Assembly: GCF_052425735.1 (NCBI RefSeq)
Contig: NC_135763.1
Coordinates: 29,202,001 to 29,266,000 of the forward strand
Source of the DNA: Oculina patagonica
Lineage: Eukaryota
Length of the DNA stretch: 64,000 nucleotides
Reading direction: 5' to 3'
Shown here: positions 12,524 to 23,836 of the stretch, one piece after another
Layout: each line of letters starts with the position of its first letter
Numbering within the stretch: position 1 is the first letter of the stretch
The notes under the pieces: model-generated
Seen by the model: the letters and a program-made list of their open reading frames with translations, nothing else
What the model was told of the DNA's origin: nothing
The model's database searches: none
Made by a program: the position numbers and the translations under genes

Positions 12524-12983
12524 TCCATCCTAAATGTGAAGTTATGAAAATATGAGAACCATGTGTTAGCGTGTTGTGAGCGTGCTATCACCTTTGTCAA
12601 TGTTTTCCCGTGGAGGGTCACATATTTGAACTGCGAAATGAAAAAAAAAAAATAAATGCAAAAAAGATCCTGGCAGTTATTAACGCAACTAAAGCATTTC
12701 TGAAAACGAAGCCTGAAATAATCAGGCTTGCTGAGATTCGAACTCTGACCTCTGCGATTCTGGTGCAGCGCTATTACCAACAAGCCAACTGGGAGCTAGT
12801 CATTGAATTGGTTCGTAATATACCCAGGAAAGATGAAGATGAAATTATGAATATATGAAAAGCATATATTTGAACTGCGAAATGAAAAAAATGATCGCAA
12901 AGCGCATCTTTTTCGAAACTGCTTTAGTTGCGTGTGCGTTATTAACTGCGAGGATCTTCTTTACAATTTCCATCCTAAATGTG
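12524..12983. mobile_element. tRNA-like partial-tandem repeat insertion flanked by a 15-bp direct repeat
   Basis: TCCATCCTAAATGTG at 12524-12538 and 12969-12983. Internal CATAT(AT)TTGAACTGCGAAATG recurs about 245 bp apart. GAGATTCGAACTC is a B-box on the minus strand. A short inverted segment sits at the right end. Confidence 0.6.
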
Positions 12984-13101
12984 TTTAATATACTATATTA
13001 TACAGTCTGAGAAAAGGCACCACCATTTTTTTTATTTTGGTTTGGCCTTAGTTAATTCAAATGCTGAGTGCAAAAATGTTTCAATGTATAACATATAGAA
13101 T

Positions 13102-13343
13102 AGCGACCTTTAAATTTGACTACGAGAACGAGATTTAGTACGTGTACGACTTTGGAATTTCGAGACAGTTCAGCTGACAATTGCATCCCCCAAACTATAA
13201 CTCTTTCCTGTTGCTTACTAACGCAAAAATTAACGTTAGGGATAAGATTGGTGTGACAAGAGATTATAGGGGGCACACGAATTTGGTTTATAAACTCGTA
13301 CTGGTACTCAATTTCGTACTCGAAGTGCAATCTAAAGGTCGCT
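13102..13343. mobile_element. Short MITE (possible PIF/Harbinger type)
   Basis: TIR AGCGACCTTTAAATT / AATCTAAAGGTCGCT, with AAT on both sides. Confidence 0.55.
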
Positions 13344-14082
13344 AATACCAACTGCTGGGTAGCAAATGTTTTTTGCAATATTTCTGTATCGTGCTTCATA
13401 ACAGTTCAGATGTTCGGGAAATAGAGCTGGGGAGAGGGAGAGGGAGAGAAGTACGCTTAAAATAAGTTTATTTGCGTAAAAATGTTCTTTTATCAATGCT
13501 TTCGTACAGAAAATCACAATTCAAAGACGCGGATAAACTGAGAGCAATTTCTGTACTAACACCTCAGTAACGAGATCAACCTCCTTCCCAGGGACTACTC
13601 CGCTTTCAAGATGGCGGCTGGGTGCGATCAAAACTAGGCGGTTGCCTGCGAGCAGGCTCTCTCTTCGGGACACGCGTGCTCGCTTCGTTCGCGTCGTTGC
13701 CCCAGAATGGCTTACGTTGCCCCGAAGAGAGAGCCTGCTCGCGGAGTAAACTGGCGGTTGTAAAATGAACCCTTGAGAGTAAGCATATTTATTGATATGA
13801 GTTGTCTTGTAAAAATCGTGATCAATAGGCGATGAACGTCTTCGAGCTGCCAATATGATACATGTATATTATTTCTGCAAAAGTAGCCGTGTAACGAGAA
13901 AGGAACATAAGAAAGGGTAGAGGAGCTTGGTTCTCAGGTATTATACTTATTCCAACAAATAATAAAATCACAACTTTTTCATTGAACTACAAGCGTTTTT
14001 ATTGACATTCAATTTCATCCAGTCTCAGTTCCATTTGGAAAAAAGCTTCATTCTTCGAACTTTGACATCATCAAAGGCATAA

Positions 14083-16384
14083 TCAACCTAAAAATAATAA
14101 TATTTATCATTTTTAGCGTGAACTGTATTTCTTTATCTTTAAAGTATTTATTAGCAAACTTTAAAGCCTTGCCCCTTTGTAGAGGTAGAAAAAGTAATCA
14201 TTTGCCCAATTCACCTTCGGTAAGATTCTTTAACACAAAGTCAGGATTTTGCCTTTTTACTTTAATAAATCCTTAGATAAATTGGTGGGTCTTTTCATGA
14301 TTTTTTTAAACATGTAAACAAATAGTTAATGATAAATTGTCCTACCCTTTTCTATATTCAAAATCGTGAGCCAATTAATATTCCTCTTGCCCGAACAGTA
14401 AATCCACTCTACGTCCAATAACGGAAGAATCCATTCCCTTCAGGGTAATTTTCTGTTACACTATTTTTTAGTGGCTTACATAATTCACGAATGGCATGAT
14501 ACATACCGTATAAAGACCTGATACGGGCAATGTCGTCTGACTGCAACACAGGTCTACCATATTCAGAGGCCGGCCACATCACTGAACCCTTTACGTTTGA
14601 GTGAGTGAGTCACTCATCACTAACGCATGACCGATCTCATGGACAGCAACATGAATCAAGCTTTGTTTACCCCAAAAGGCTGAACCAGTCTCTGAAAATT
14701 TCTCATCATCATCGAAGTGAAGTCGGCCATCTTCTGGATAAAAAGCGTGTGCTAGAACGTTGCCTTTGCCATCAAATTTTGAATTACACCGACCTTCCCC
14801 AGAGACACCAGCGTGACTTCCTTTGCCAAAACTGAAAGAGAGAGGCTTCTAGCTTAAAATGATAATCGCAAATAAAATAAATGTATTTAATTTAACTTGA
14901 AACAATAATTTTTGTGTATCTTTGAGTTACATCGAAATAAGGTCCTTTTAGACACACCATTGTATGATTTAAGATACCCCACTTTGACTCCCTCCCTTCT
15001 TTCGTCCAAACACACTCCCTATCGAATCCTTCACATACACAAATTAACATAACACAAAACCTGATTTTCAATTCAGCATCAGAGACTGAGTATGTCCTGG
15101 AAATCCTCAGTTTTGGTGCCACATCACTCCACATTTTGAATGCCTCGGCAAATATTCTGTCCTGTTTGCTGTGTGACAAATCCTCGCCATAAGACAAATA
15201 GTATTTGAGATTTGTTTTGCTCCATTTTGGCCCACGGTTTGTTTTATATCGTTTAGCGCGTATGCGCTCGCCATTGAAACCAACATCCGGGACTCCACAT
15301 CGTGGTTTCCTCATCTCGTAAAGTGTCTCTTCGTCCAGTCGTCCAGTAACAGGTAAACCGAAGAATTTCTGGAATCTTTTTATTGCGGTTGTCATGTCAT
15401 GGTTCCCTGCTCGGGTTTGAGAGATGTAGTTGTAGTCTGTGAGATATTTCTTTAAACGAAACAACAGAAAAAGAATGTACCTTAATACATGAGGTACGCG
15501 GTACGCATATTTCACGACACTTAATTAAATTTCGCGATTTTGCAAAAATTTTCATATTTTGAATCACTTTCATTTCGCGTTTTTGAGTAAGACACAATTT
15601 AATACATTTCCTTGGCAATATTATCTAACATACCCTTGAATTAAATAAAACGACTTCACCAAAGGAACAAAAACAAAAACGCAAGGGCGGAACTAAATCT
15701 CGGCAATAGCAACAACAGAGCAGTTCTCACATTGTCTATAAGTAGGACGTGCTTGTACTTGAGTTTTTGTTCTTGAGTCAATTGACGGCAACATCCATTT
15801 CAATTAAAATTCCTTCCTTCGGTGGTACTAAACTTATTCTTTCTTATTTCATAATGTGAGTCACTTAATTTTCGCTTCACGTAATGTTCGCACCACTTAT
15901 TGTTCGCGTCCCTTTAATTTCGCGCTTTTTTTGGAATGGCGAAATTAACGTGTCGCGAAAATTTCATGCAATAAGGTATAACGTTCAATCCAAACAATAC
16001 AAGAATTGAACCTAAAGAAAGTTGTTTTCGCGCTGTGACAACCTTTCTTTACTTGGAAAATTTTTAAGAAGGGAATTGTTGTATAATATGTTAAAAAGTA
16101 TTATTTTGTTAAAGTCATTTTAAAGGACTATTCAAGATTATATGCAGTGCTTACGCCATCTGACATTACTTATAATTAACTCAACTACAGTAAAAAGGTT
16201 CCTTTGGAAATTGCTCAACATTTTTTGGCAGACTAAAAATCCGAATTAATGCCGCTTATGTCGATAGTATTTTTCTAAGGGGTAAATCAGGTCATACCAT
16301 TGCGAAATCTTCATCACTTTCTTCTTCCTCGCAAGCAGCCCCATGGAAAACTAGCAAAGACACGAAAATCACCGGGAGAAACAT
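14083..16384 (-). pseudogene. MMP-c: matrixin paralog frameshifted inside the zinc-binding motif
   Basis: Exons 16384-16298, 15449-15061, 14831-14507 and 14087-14083. Exon 3 is 325 nt against 317 in MMP-d. It reads HEIGHAL-VMSDSLTQT* (TAA at 14593-14591), so the third His and the Met-turn are lost. Confidence 0.85.
15478..15978. mobile_element. TA-flanked MITE in MMP-c intron 1
   Basis: TA-CCTTAATACATG ... CATGCAATAAGG-TA. Absent at the equivalent site of MMP-d intron 1. Confidence 0.7.
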
Positions 16385-16785
16385 GTTGATCCGTTTGTCT
16401 CTTACGAGCAAATCATGTGTTAAAATTGCAGGCATGTAGTTCTTTTATTTTGAAAAACACTTTAGCAGCTGCTCGCTTGTAAAACAGGCTGCTTAAACAT
16501 AACTCAATGAGAAGCAAATAAAGCTCGTTTATATATATCGTTTGTTTTAATTGGTATTTACCCTTGGTCGGTTATTTTAACTAAGTGAGTAAACAGTAAT
16601 TTTGCAAAGTTGTCACGAAAAAGGCAGACGTTTTGAACAACTATTTTCCATAAAATTTGTGAAGAGTTATTATGCGAAAAATAGGAAGAGAACAAGACTA
16701 GAACTCGCTGTCAATCTGCCTGCGCTTCGATTATAGGTGTGGGAAGCAGTTAGGATATTTAGGGAGAGGGAATGGGGAGGGTAGA

Positions 16786-17061
16786 ATAAGAAGAAGAATA
16801 AGAACTTTAATAGTAAACTCCCCCACAGGGCTTTTCAGTAACTATTTACAATAAAAAATAAAAACTACTTATCTCTAATATTTACAAATAAAATTGAAAT
16901 TAAATAAAATAATGATTAAAAGTTTAAAAGAAGATGATTCCTAAGGTTTGTTTTAAAAGCGAACAGAGATTTAGCGTTTTTGATTTTAATATCAAGGCTG
17001 TTCCATAGGTTTACGGCTCTGTATGTGAATGTTCTTTGGCCTGCTGCGGTCTTGAACAGAG
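16786..17061 (-). mobile_element. 5'-truncated LINE (CR1/L2-like) 3' end
   Basis: Minus strand translates to LFKTAAGQRTFTYRAVNLWNSLDIKIKNAKSLFAFKTNLRNHL, typical of an ORF2 C-terminus. A short 3' UTR and (TTC/TTA) tail follow. Absent from the matching MMP-d upstream region. Confidence 0.75.
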
Positions 17062-18007
17062 AAAAAGTGTAGTGGTCTATAAAGTAAAAACTTTTTTACG
17101 AATGGTATCCCATTAGCCTTATAGGATGGTATTTTAGAGGGGCCTTTCCCCTTTTGTGGTTGTATAGTGGTTTTCTGTAGAATGTGGTTACGGTTATCTA
17201 AATTAAAATAAGAAAATTCAAGAATGAATGATATCCATGCCCTCCACCTAGCGATGCAATATTATTTTGTGGTAATTGCAAAACCAAGTTCGCTTCGATG
17301 GAACTTTTTTAAAATAAAATCATGTGCAAAGTTATTCCAATAATCATTGTTCTATTAATTAAAATGCGCAAACACTAGCGCAGTTTCATATAAAAGCCTT
17401 TTGTTTGCGATGCCGCAGCGCCGTCCTTGGCAGTTGTTTAATCAGAGGCGGCGACAAAATTGTATTGCTCTGTTGGTTTTAAAAGTCTCATCTACAATGT
17501 ACTTACAAGTTAAAGCAGAGTGATTGAATAAAAAAAAATAAATCACAAGCTTTTAAACGAGAAAAATAAATGAAGTAACATTATATTTCGTACAATTATA
17601 AAGTGGCTGTGTTTAAAGGACCTTTGAAACAACTATTACAAGGGGTCATTACTTGACGACTAAAACCGATAAAGGGGAATTTTACAAGCAAAGGAATTTG
17701 ACAAAGTGGAAACCTTTTTTTCTATTTGTTTTTATTTGCCTTGCTTCACAAGGCTCATTTTATGTAAATTTCACAATGTGCACTAAGAAACAATGTTATA
17801 TGGCCTAAGACTGCCTTTTTTATTTACCAACCAAACTAATAATGACCCAAAAGCTTTGGAATGCTATTTTTCGACCAGAACCCTCTAATGAACTATATGG
17901 GAAGTTTCTTTTTGTTTATTGTATTTCAGTTTTCGTCGTCGGTACTTTTAAGCACCGGCAACGTTTCGTTTTTGGTGCTGAAAAAACCTCAACGTTACGC
18001 TACCTTA

Positions 18008-18411
18008 GACCCGGTTCAGACGCCGTACTTTTCATGAGCCGCACTCAATTCGAATTTGGACCGACCCAAATTGACAAAAGTACGACCCTTGATTCAGACG
18101 CCGTACTTTTTGGCCGTTCCGAGGCCATTCCTAATACAGTTTCAATAAAACCAGTCAAACTTCTGGCAAAATACATTATAATAATTTATGAATTAGGATC
18201 GGCACATGAAAAGTACGGCGTTAGAATCAAAGCCGTTCCAAAGGCGTTCCACAGGCGAAATTCTCGGCCAAGTCAGGCGGGAAGAACGGGTGAGCCGTTC
18301 CAAATTGAAATAGCCGTTATAATTTGATTCAGACGCCGATCTTTTCATGTACTTAATTCAAGTAATTAGGTTCGGCTCATGAAAAGATCGGCGTCCGATC
18401 TGAACCGGGCC
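18008..18411. mobile_element. PIF/Harbinger-like MITE
   Basis: TTA TSD on both sides. TIR GACCCGGTTCAGA... / ...TCTGAACCGGGCC. Internal TTCAGACGCCG repeats. Confidence 0.75.
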
Positions 18412-18685
18412 TTAGTGAAGTTGGCTTCAACTTTTACCCCCTAACTTGTTTCTTCTTTATGGCCAACGCCTTTTTGCAAAATAAAATGACTGTAATTTTG
18501 TTATAGTTTGTGTAATTTTCAGTAAATTCAGTGCATTGATACTTAGGCTGCAAAACAAAATAGTCACACAACTCTTTTATTGAACTTCGAACGCTTTTAT
18601 TGACATTCAATTCCATTCAATTTTAGTTCCATTTGAATTGACAACAAGCGTCATTCTCCGATCCTGGATATCATCCGACCCATTT

Positions 18686-20070
18686 TTAACCTACAACCAA
18701 AAAAAGAAGAGTAATATAAATCATTTTTAACGTGAATTAAGGTGCAACACTTGCACTGTAAAGTATTAAATAGTGAAATCCAAACTCTTACCCCTTTGTA
18801 TAAAATTTTGACAGAACAGGTAACCATTTGCCTTATTAACCTTCGATAAAATAAGATAATCCTATAAAAAAGTTGTGATAATGCATCTATTTTAAACTTT
18901 ATCACTGAAAGAACAACTTACAACACCTTAAAATCCTTAGATCAATCGGTGGATCTGTTTATAATATTTTAAATACTACAGGTAAATAAAAGCCTTCATG
19001 ACAAATTGTTTAACCTACCAACCATTTTGATAGTGCAGCCTAAAAAACGTACCAACACACGCCCAAAATGGGGAGAACCCCTTCCCTCCAGGGACAATTC
19101 TTTTTACACTATTCTTTTTTTAATGACATACATAATTTATGACTGGCATGCAACATACCGTATAAAGACCTGATACCGGCAATGTCGTCTGAATGCAACT
19201 TGGGTCTACCATAGCTAGCGCTCGGCCACATTACTGCACCCTTTACGTTAGAGTGTCTAAGTCCTAATGCATGACCAATCTCGTGGACAGCGGTATAAAT
19301 CAAGCTTTGTTTTCCCCAAAAAGATGAACCAGTCTCCGAAAACTTCTCATCCTCATCGAAGTGGAGTCGGCCATCTTCTGGAAAGAAAGCGTGAGCTAGA
19401 ACATTGCCTCTGCCATCAAACTTAAAACTGCACTGCCCTTCACCAGAGACACCAGCGTGGCTTCCTTTGCCAAAACTGCAAGAGAGAGGCTTGTAGTTTT
19501 AAATGACAATAATCGCAAATAAAATAAATATATTTAATTTTTAACTAAGAATAATTTAATTTATGTATCTTTGAATTACCGTATTTTCTCGTTTAAACGC
19601 CGGGTACCGAATAAACGCCGGGTCTCCAAAGTGGAGTTAAAAATAGGCCCCTCGTTATAATAAGCTGAAAAACAGTACCGTTTTGTTTCTTTGTTTTTAG
19701 TTAGTTTATTTTGGGTCATTTTTCTTGTAATTCACTTTCATATCATAATAGTTTAAATTCTTATATTTGTTAATAGATTTTTGCTGAGAAGAACTACCAT
19801 GGATTAATTAGGTCATCTATCTATATAAGGTATATTAGCCAGATACATTTTTGTCAAAAATAATCAATAAAACCGTTGCTTAATAAATACCCGGCAGGAA
19901 TAAACTGCACCAGTCAAATAAACGCCAGGTTTACCAGGCTAAGTTTGAAATAAACGCCGGGTGTGTTTAAGCGAGAATTACGGTACAGCAAATTAGATCC
20001 TTAGACACACAATTGTAAGATCTGAGGGTCATCCCACTTCGATTCCCTCCCTTCTTCCACCCATTAACCA

Positions 20071-20101
<31 letters not shown>

Positions 20102-21418
20102 CACACTTAAATTAACATAAAAGCACAAAACCTGATTTTCAAGTCAGCATCAGAGACTGAGTATGTTCTGGAAAACTTCAGTTTTCTTGCCACATCACTC
20201 CACATTTTGAATGCCTGGGAAAAGATTCTGTCCTGCTTGCTGTGTGACAAATCTTCGCCATAAGACAAGTAATATTTAAGACTTGTTTTCCTCCACTTTT
20301 GGTGCCAGGTTGAATATCGCTTAACGCGCATGCGCTCGCCATTATAACCAACGTCCGGGACTCCACATCGTGGCTTCTTCATCTCGTAAAGAGTCTCTTC
20401 GTCCAGCCGTCCAGTTTCAGGTAAACCGAAGAATTTCTGGAATCGTTTTATTGCGGTTGTCATGTCTTGGTAACCTGATCGGCTTAATCGTGAGATGTAG
20501 TTGTAGTCTTTGAGATATTTCTAACAAAACAACAGAGAAAGCATGCACAACGTTTAATTCAAACATTTCGAGAATCGTATATAAAGAATGTTGCCTTTGC
20601 GCTGCGGAAAACTTTTCTTTACTGGGAAGGTTTTTAAGAGGAGAATCATATTTTTGAATAATATATTAATTTTTTTTCTGTTAACGTAATTTAAAAGGAG
20701 TATTCGAGAATCACTAGGTAGGTATTAAACATTATATGGCATGCTTACTTCATCTGACATTACTTAACTTTTTTAGAGTTTCAAAATCCGAATTAATACC
20801 GCTTATATTGATAGAACTTTTCTTTAAAGGTGGATTTCCACTGACGCGTTATTTCTTACGTGCGTTTACGTGCGTGAAAAACTTTGGAGACAATGTATGA
20901 AGGGCTTGCGTAAACGTTTAAGCAAATCGTTCATACATTGTCTCTATTTTTTTTTTCACGCAAAAAAAAAAAATCATGTGCAAATTAATCCCAAAAAATA
21001 TTGTTCTTTTAATTAAAATGCGCCAACACTAGCGCTGTTTCAAATGAAAACCTTCTGTTTGCGATGCCGCAGCACCTTGTTTCGCAGTTGTTTAATAAAA
21101 GGCGGCGACAAAATCGTATTGCTCTGTTAGCATTAAAAGTCATATCTACAGTATACTTGAATTTGAAGTTCAAGCAGTGTTTGAACAAGAAACAAGAAAA
21201 TTACAAATAAATGTAGAAACGTTTAAGCAAATCGTTCATACATTGTCTCTATTTTTTTTTTCACGCACGTAAACGCGCGTAAAAAATTACGCGTCAGTGG
21301 AAATCCACATTAAGGGTAAATCAGGTCTTACCAAAGCAAAATCTTCATCACTTTCTTCTTCCTCGCAAGCAGCCCCATGGAAAGCTAGCAAAGACACGAA
21401 GATCACCGGGAGAAACAT
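18686..21418 (-). CDS. MMP-d: minimal matrixin-type metalloprotease, 4 exons, about 265 aa
   Basis: Exons 21418-21332, 20520-20132 (PRCGVPD, RVKR), 19475-19159 (HEIGHALGLRH, VMWP) and 18690-18686 (G|GT TAA). AATAAA on the minus strand near 18597-18602. Confidence 0.92.
19577..19985. mobile_element. Tc2/pogo-like MITE in MMP-d intron 2
   Basis: TA-CCGTATTTTCTCG ... CGAGAATTACGG-TA. The empty single-TA site is visible in MMP-c intron 2 (near 14927). Confidence 0.85.
20828..21310. mobile_element. TAA-flanked MITE in MMP-d intron 1 carrying an inserted copy of upstream host sequence
   Basis: TIR AGGTGGATTTCCACTGACGCGT / ACGCGTCAGTGGAAATCCACAT with TAA on both sides. Absent in MMP-c. Confidence 0.8.
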
Positions 21419-23836
21419 GTTGATCCGTTTGTCTCTTACGAGCAAATCATGTGTTAAAATTGAAGGCATGTAATTCTTTTATTAAATTAGATAAAAATAA
21501 AGCGCAATTAATATCGTTTGTTTTAATTGTTATTTACCCTCGGACAGTCATTTTACCCAAGTGGGTAAACTTTTATTTTGCAAAGTTTCCATGCCGGTTT
21601 TTTCGGAGAAAATGTTGACGTTTTGTCCAACTATTTTCCATAAAACTTGTGACGAGTGGTTATACGAAGGTAGAATCGTAAGAGAACAAGACTAGTAATC
21701 GCTCTCAAAAATGTTATCAGTAGATTATATCTTGTAAAAGACGCATCGTCCCGGCGGGGGTTGGGATATTGGGGGGAGTGGTAAGGGGTTAGCGGTCTTC
21801 CTCTTTTGTGATTGTATGGTGCACGTGAACATCCGAATGTGGTTTGATGTCTGTACGTACAGACAAGAAAATTCAACAATGGAAGTCCATGCCCTGCACC
21901 TTGCGACGCAAATCTGCGGTAATTGCAAAAACAAGTTCGCTTCAATGTCACTTTTAATAAAATCATGTGCAAATTAATCCCAAAAAATATTGTTCTTTTA
22001 ATTAAAATGCGCCAACACTAGCGCTGTTTCAAATGAAAACCTTTTGTTTGCGATGCCGCAGCACCTTGTTTCGCAGTTGTTTAATAAAAGGCGGCGACAA
22101 AATCGTATTGCTCTGTTAGCATTAAAAGTCATATCTACAGTATACTTGAATTTGAAGTTCAAGCAGTGTTTGAACAAGAAACAAGAAAATTACAAATAAA
22201 TGTAGCAAGATTTATATTCCGTACAATTATAAGCTATACTGGGGCTACTACAACAACTACTACAACAACTACTACAAAATGTTATTTATACTTTGACGAC
22301 TAAAACTGATTAAGGGAAGTTTTTAAGAGCAAAAGAATTGGACAAAGTGGAAAAATTTAACAATAGGAGCTGGCCGCTCTTTATTCACCCTGCTTTACAA
22401 GGTTCTTCAATGGGCGATCCGGGGAGGTATCTTCTTATTAAAATTATTTCGGATTAGTCGACACGTTTAATTTTTGCCTACCTGTAGGGCGAAGTTGTTG
22501 CTCGTTTTAGAAAACGCGTTTTACAACGTGAGATGTTTATAATTTTGTTATAGTTTGTGCACTTTTCAATGTATTATACTATGGCTGCAAAACAAAACGG
22601 AGAAAAGAAATAGTTTTTGTTTTAAAAACGTCGTAAAAGTTTAAAACATTAAATCGCAAGGACCCAGAGTTTCTATCTGAGTTTCTATCTATTAAGCAGT
22701 TGCTATAACCATGTTCTGGTCTGTTTTAATGTGTATTCGTTTTCGCAATATATTCCCTTCTTCCTCTTGTTGTTAAATGAGACAGGGATGTTCAAAATTC
22801 TTTGACAGCCGCTAGGCGGGAAAACGAACGATGAAATTTCCTAAAAAAAATAGTTTCTCGCTTCCTTGCTATTCCTTTATCCTAAAATAATTTGACGCTA
22901 CCAGTTATATTAACAGCATCACAGAAAATTATAAAATAATTTTCTATTTTTGAATTGGTTTAAGCTCGCATTTTTCCAAAAACTGGTCCAATATATATAA
23001 TGTTTTAATGGTTTGCTACGGTAGCTTGTTTGCTATTCATTTCTATCGATAGATCTGATTTCCAGACAATGGTGTGGGGGAGTCCTCCAGCAAGGAGGAA
23101 AAAATAAGCATTGGCCAAGTAAAAAAAGTTTTCTTGTGTTGATTTCCATTAAAAAAGGTAAAGAGGACGGTGCTTTTTATTACTTTTTTTTTGCTTTTTT
23201 TTTTTCCAGCGAACTTGCAAAAAAAAAAAAAAAAAAAAAAAACTGTCCTATCCAGTGCGGACCTAGCGTGCGAGTGCTTCATGCTGTAAAATCATTTATT
23301 TTCATTGGTGGACGTTTTTAACATGAATTCACATATATCAGAAACTCCTTAACAAACACAAAAATAGGGATAAATCGTATCTGATACGTGATTTGTGGAA
23401 TAACTTCTTCAAGCAGTTAAGTTGATATGTACATTTTGTCCGTTGGCTGAATTTATCTGTTTTCCATACCAATCAATGCGTTCCCCTTGTTGAATATTTG
23501 CAAAAACAGCCAATCGAAACACAGAAAAACGAACACGAGCATGTACTTTAGGTTTATTTCACATTAAGGTTTTGGCAGTGGGGCGAGGAGGTTGATACAT
23601 AATACTTGCTTTAAAGGAAGTGCGTTCACAGATAATGCCTTCTCCAACGAACTACTTTTGTTGTTGTTGTCAACAAACGGCGTTACGAACTGTAAAGTAT
23701 TAGCAAGACCAGCCACAACAAATAATATTCACACGACTTTAATATGATTGCACTGCGTTTTTATTGACAAACATTCCAATGCAATTTGCGAAAATGCTTT
23801 TAAAATCTTCGATCTTCGTTTTCATCAAAAACTCTG

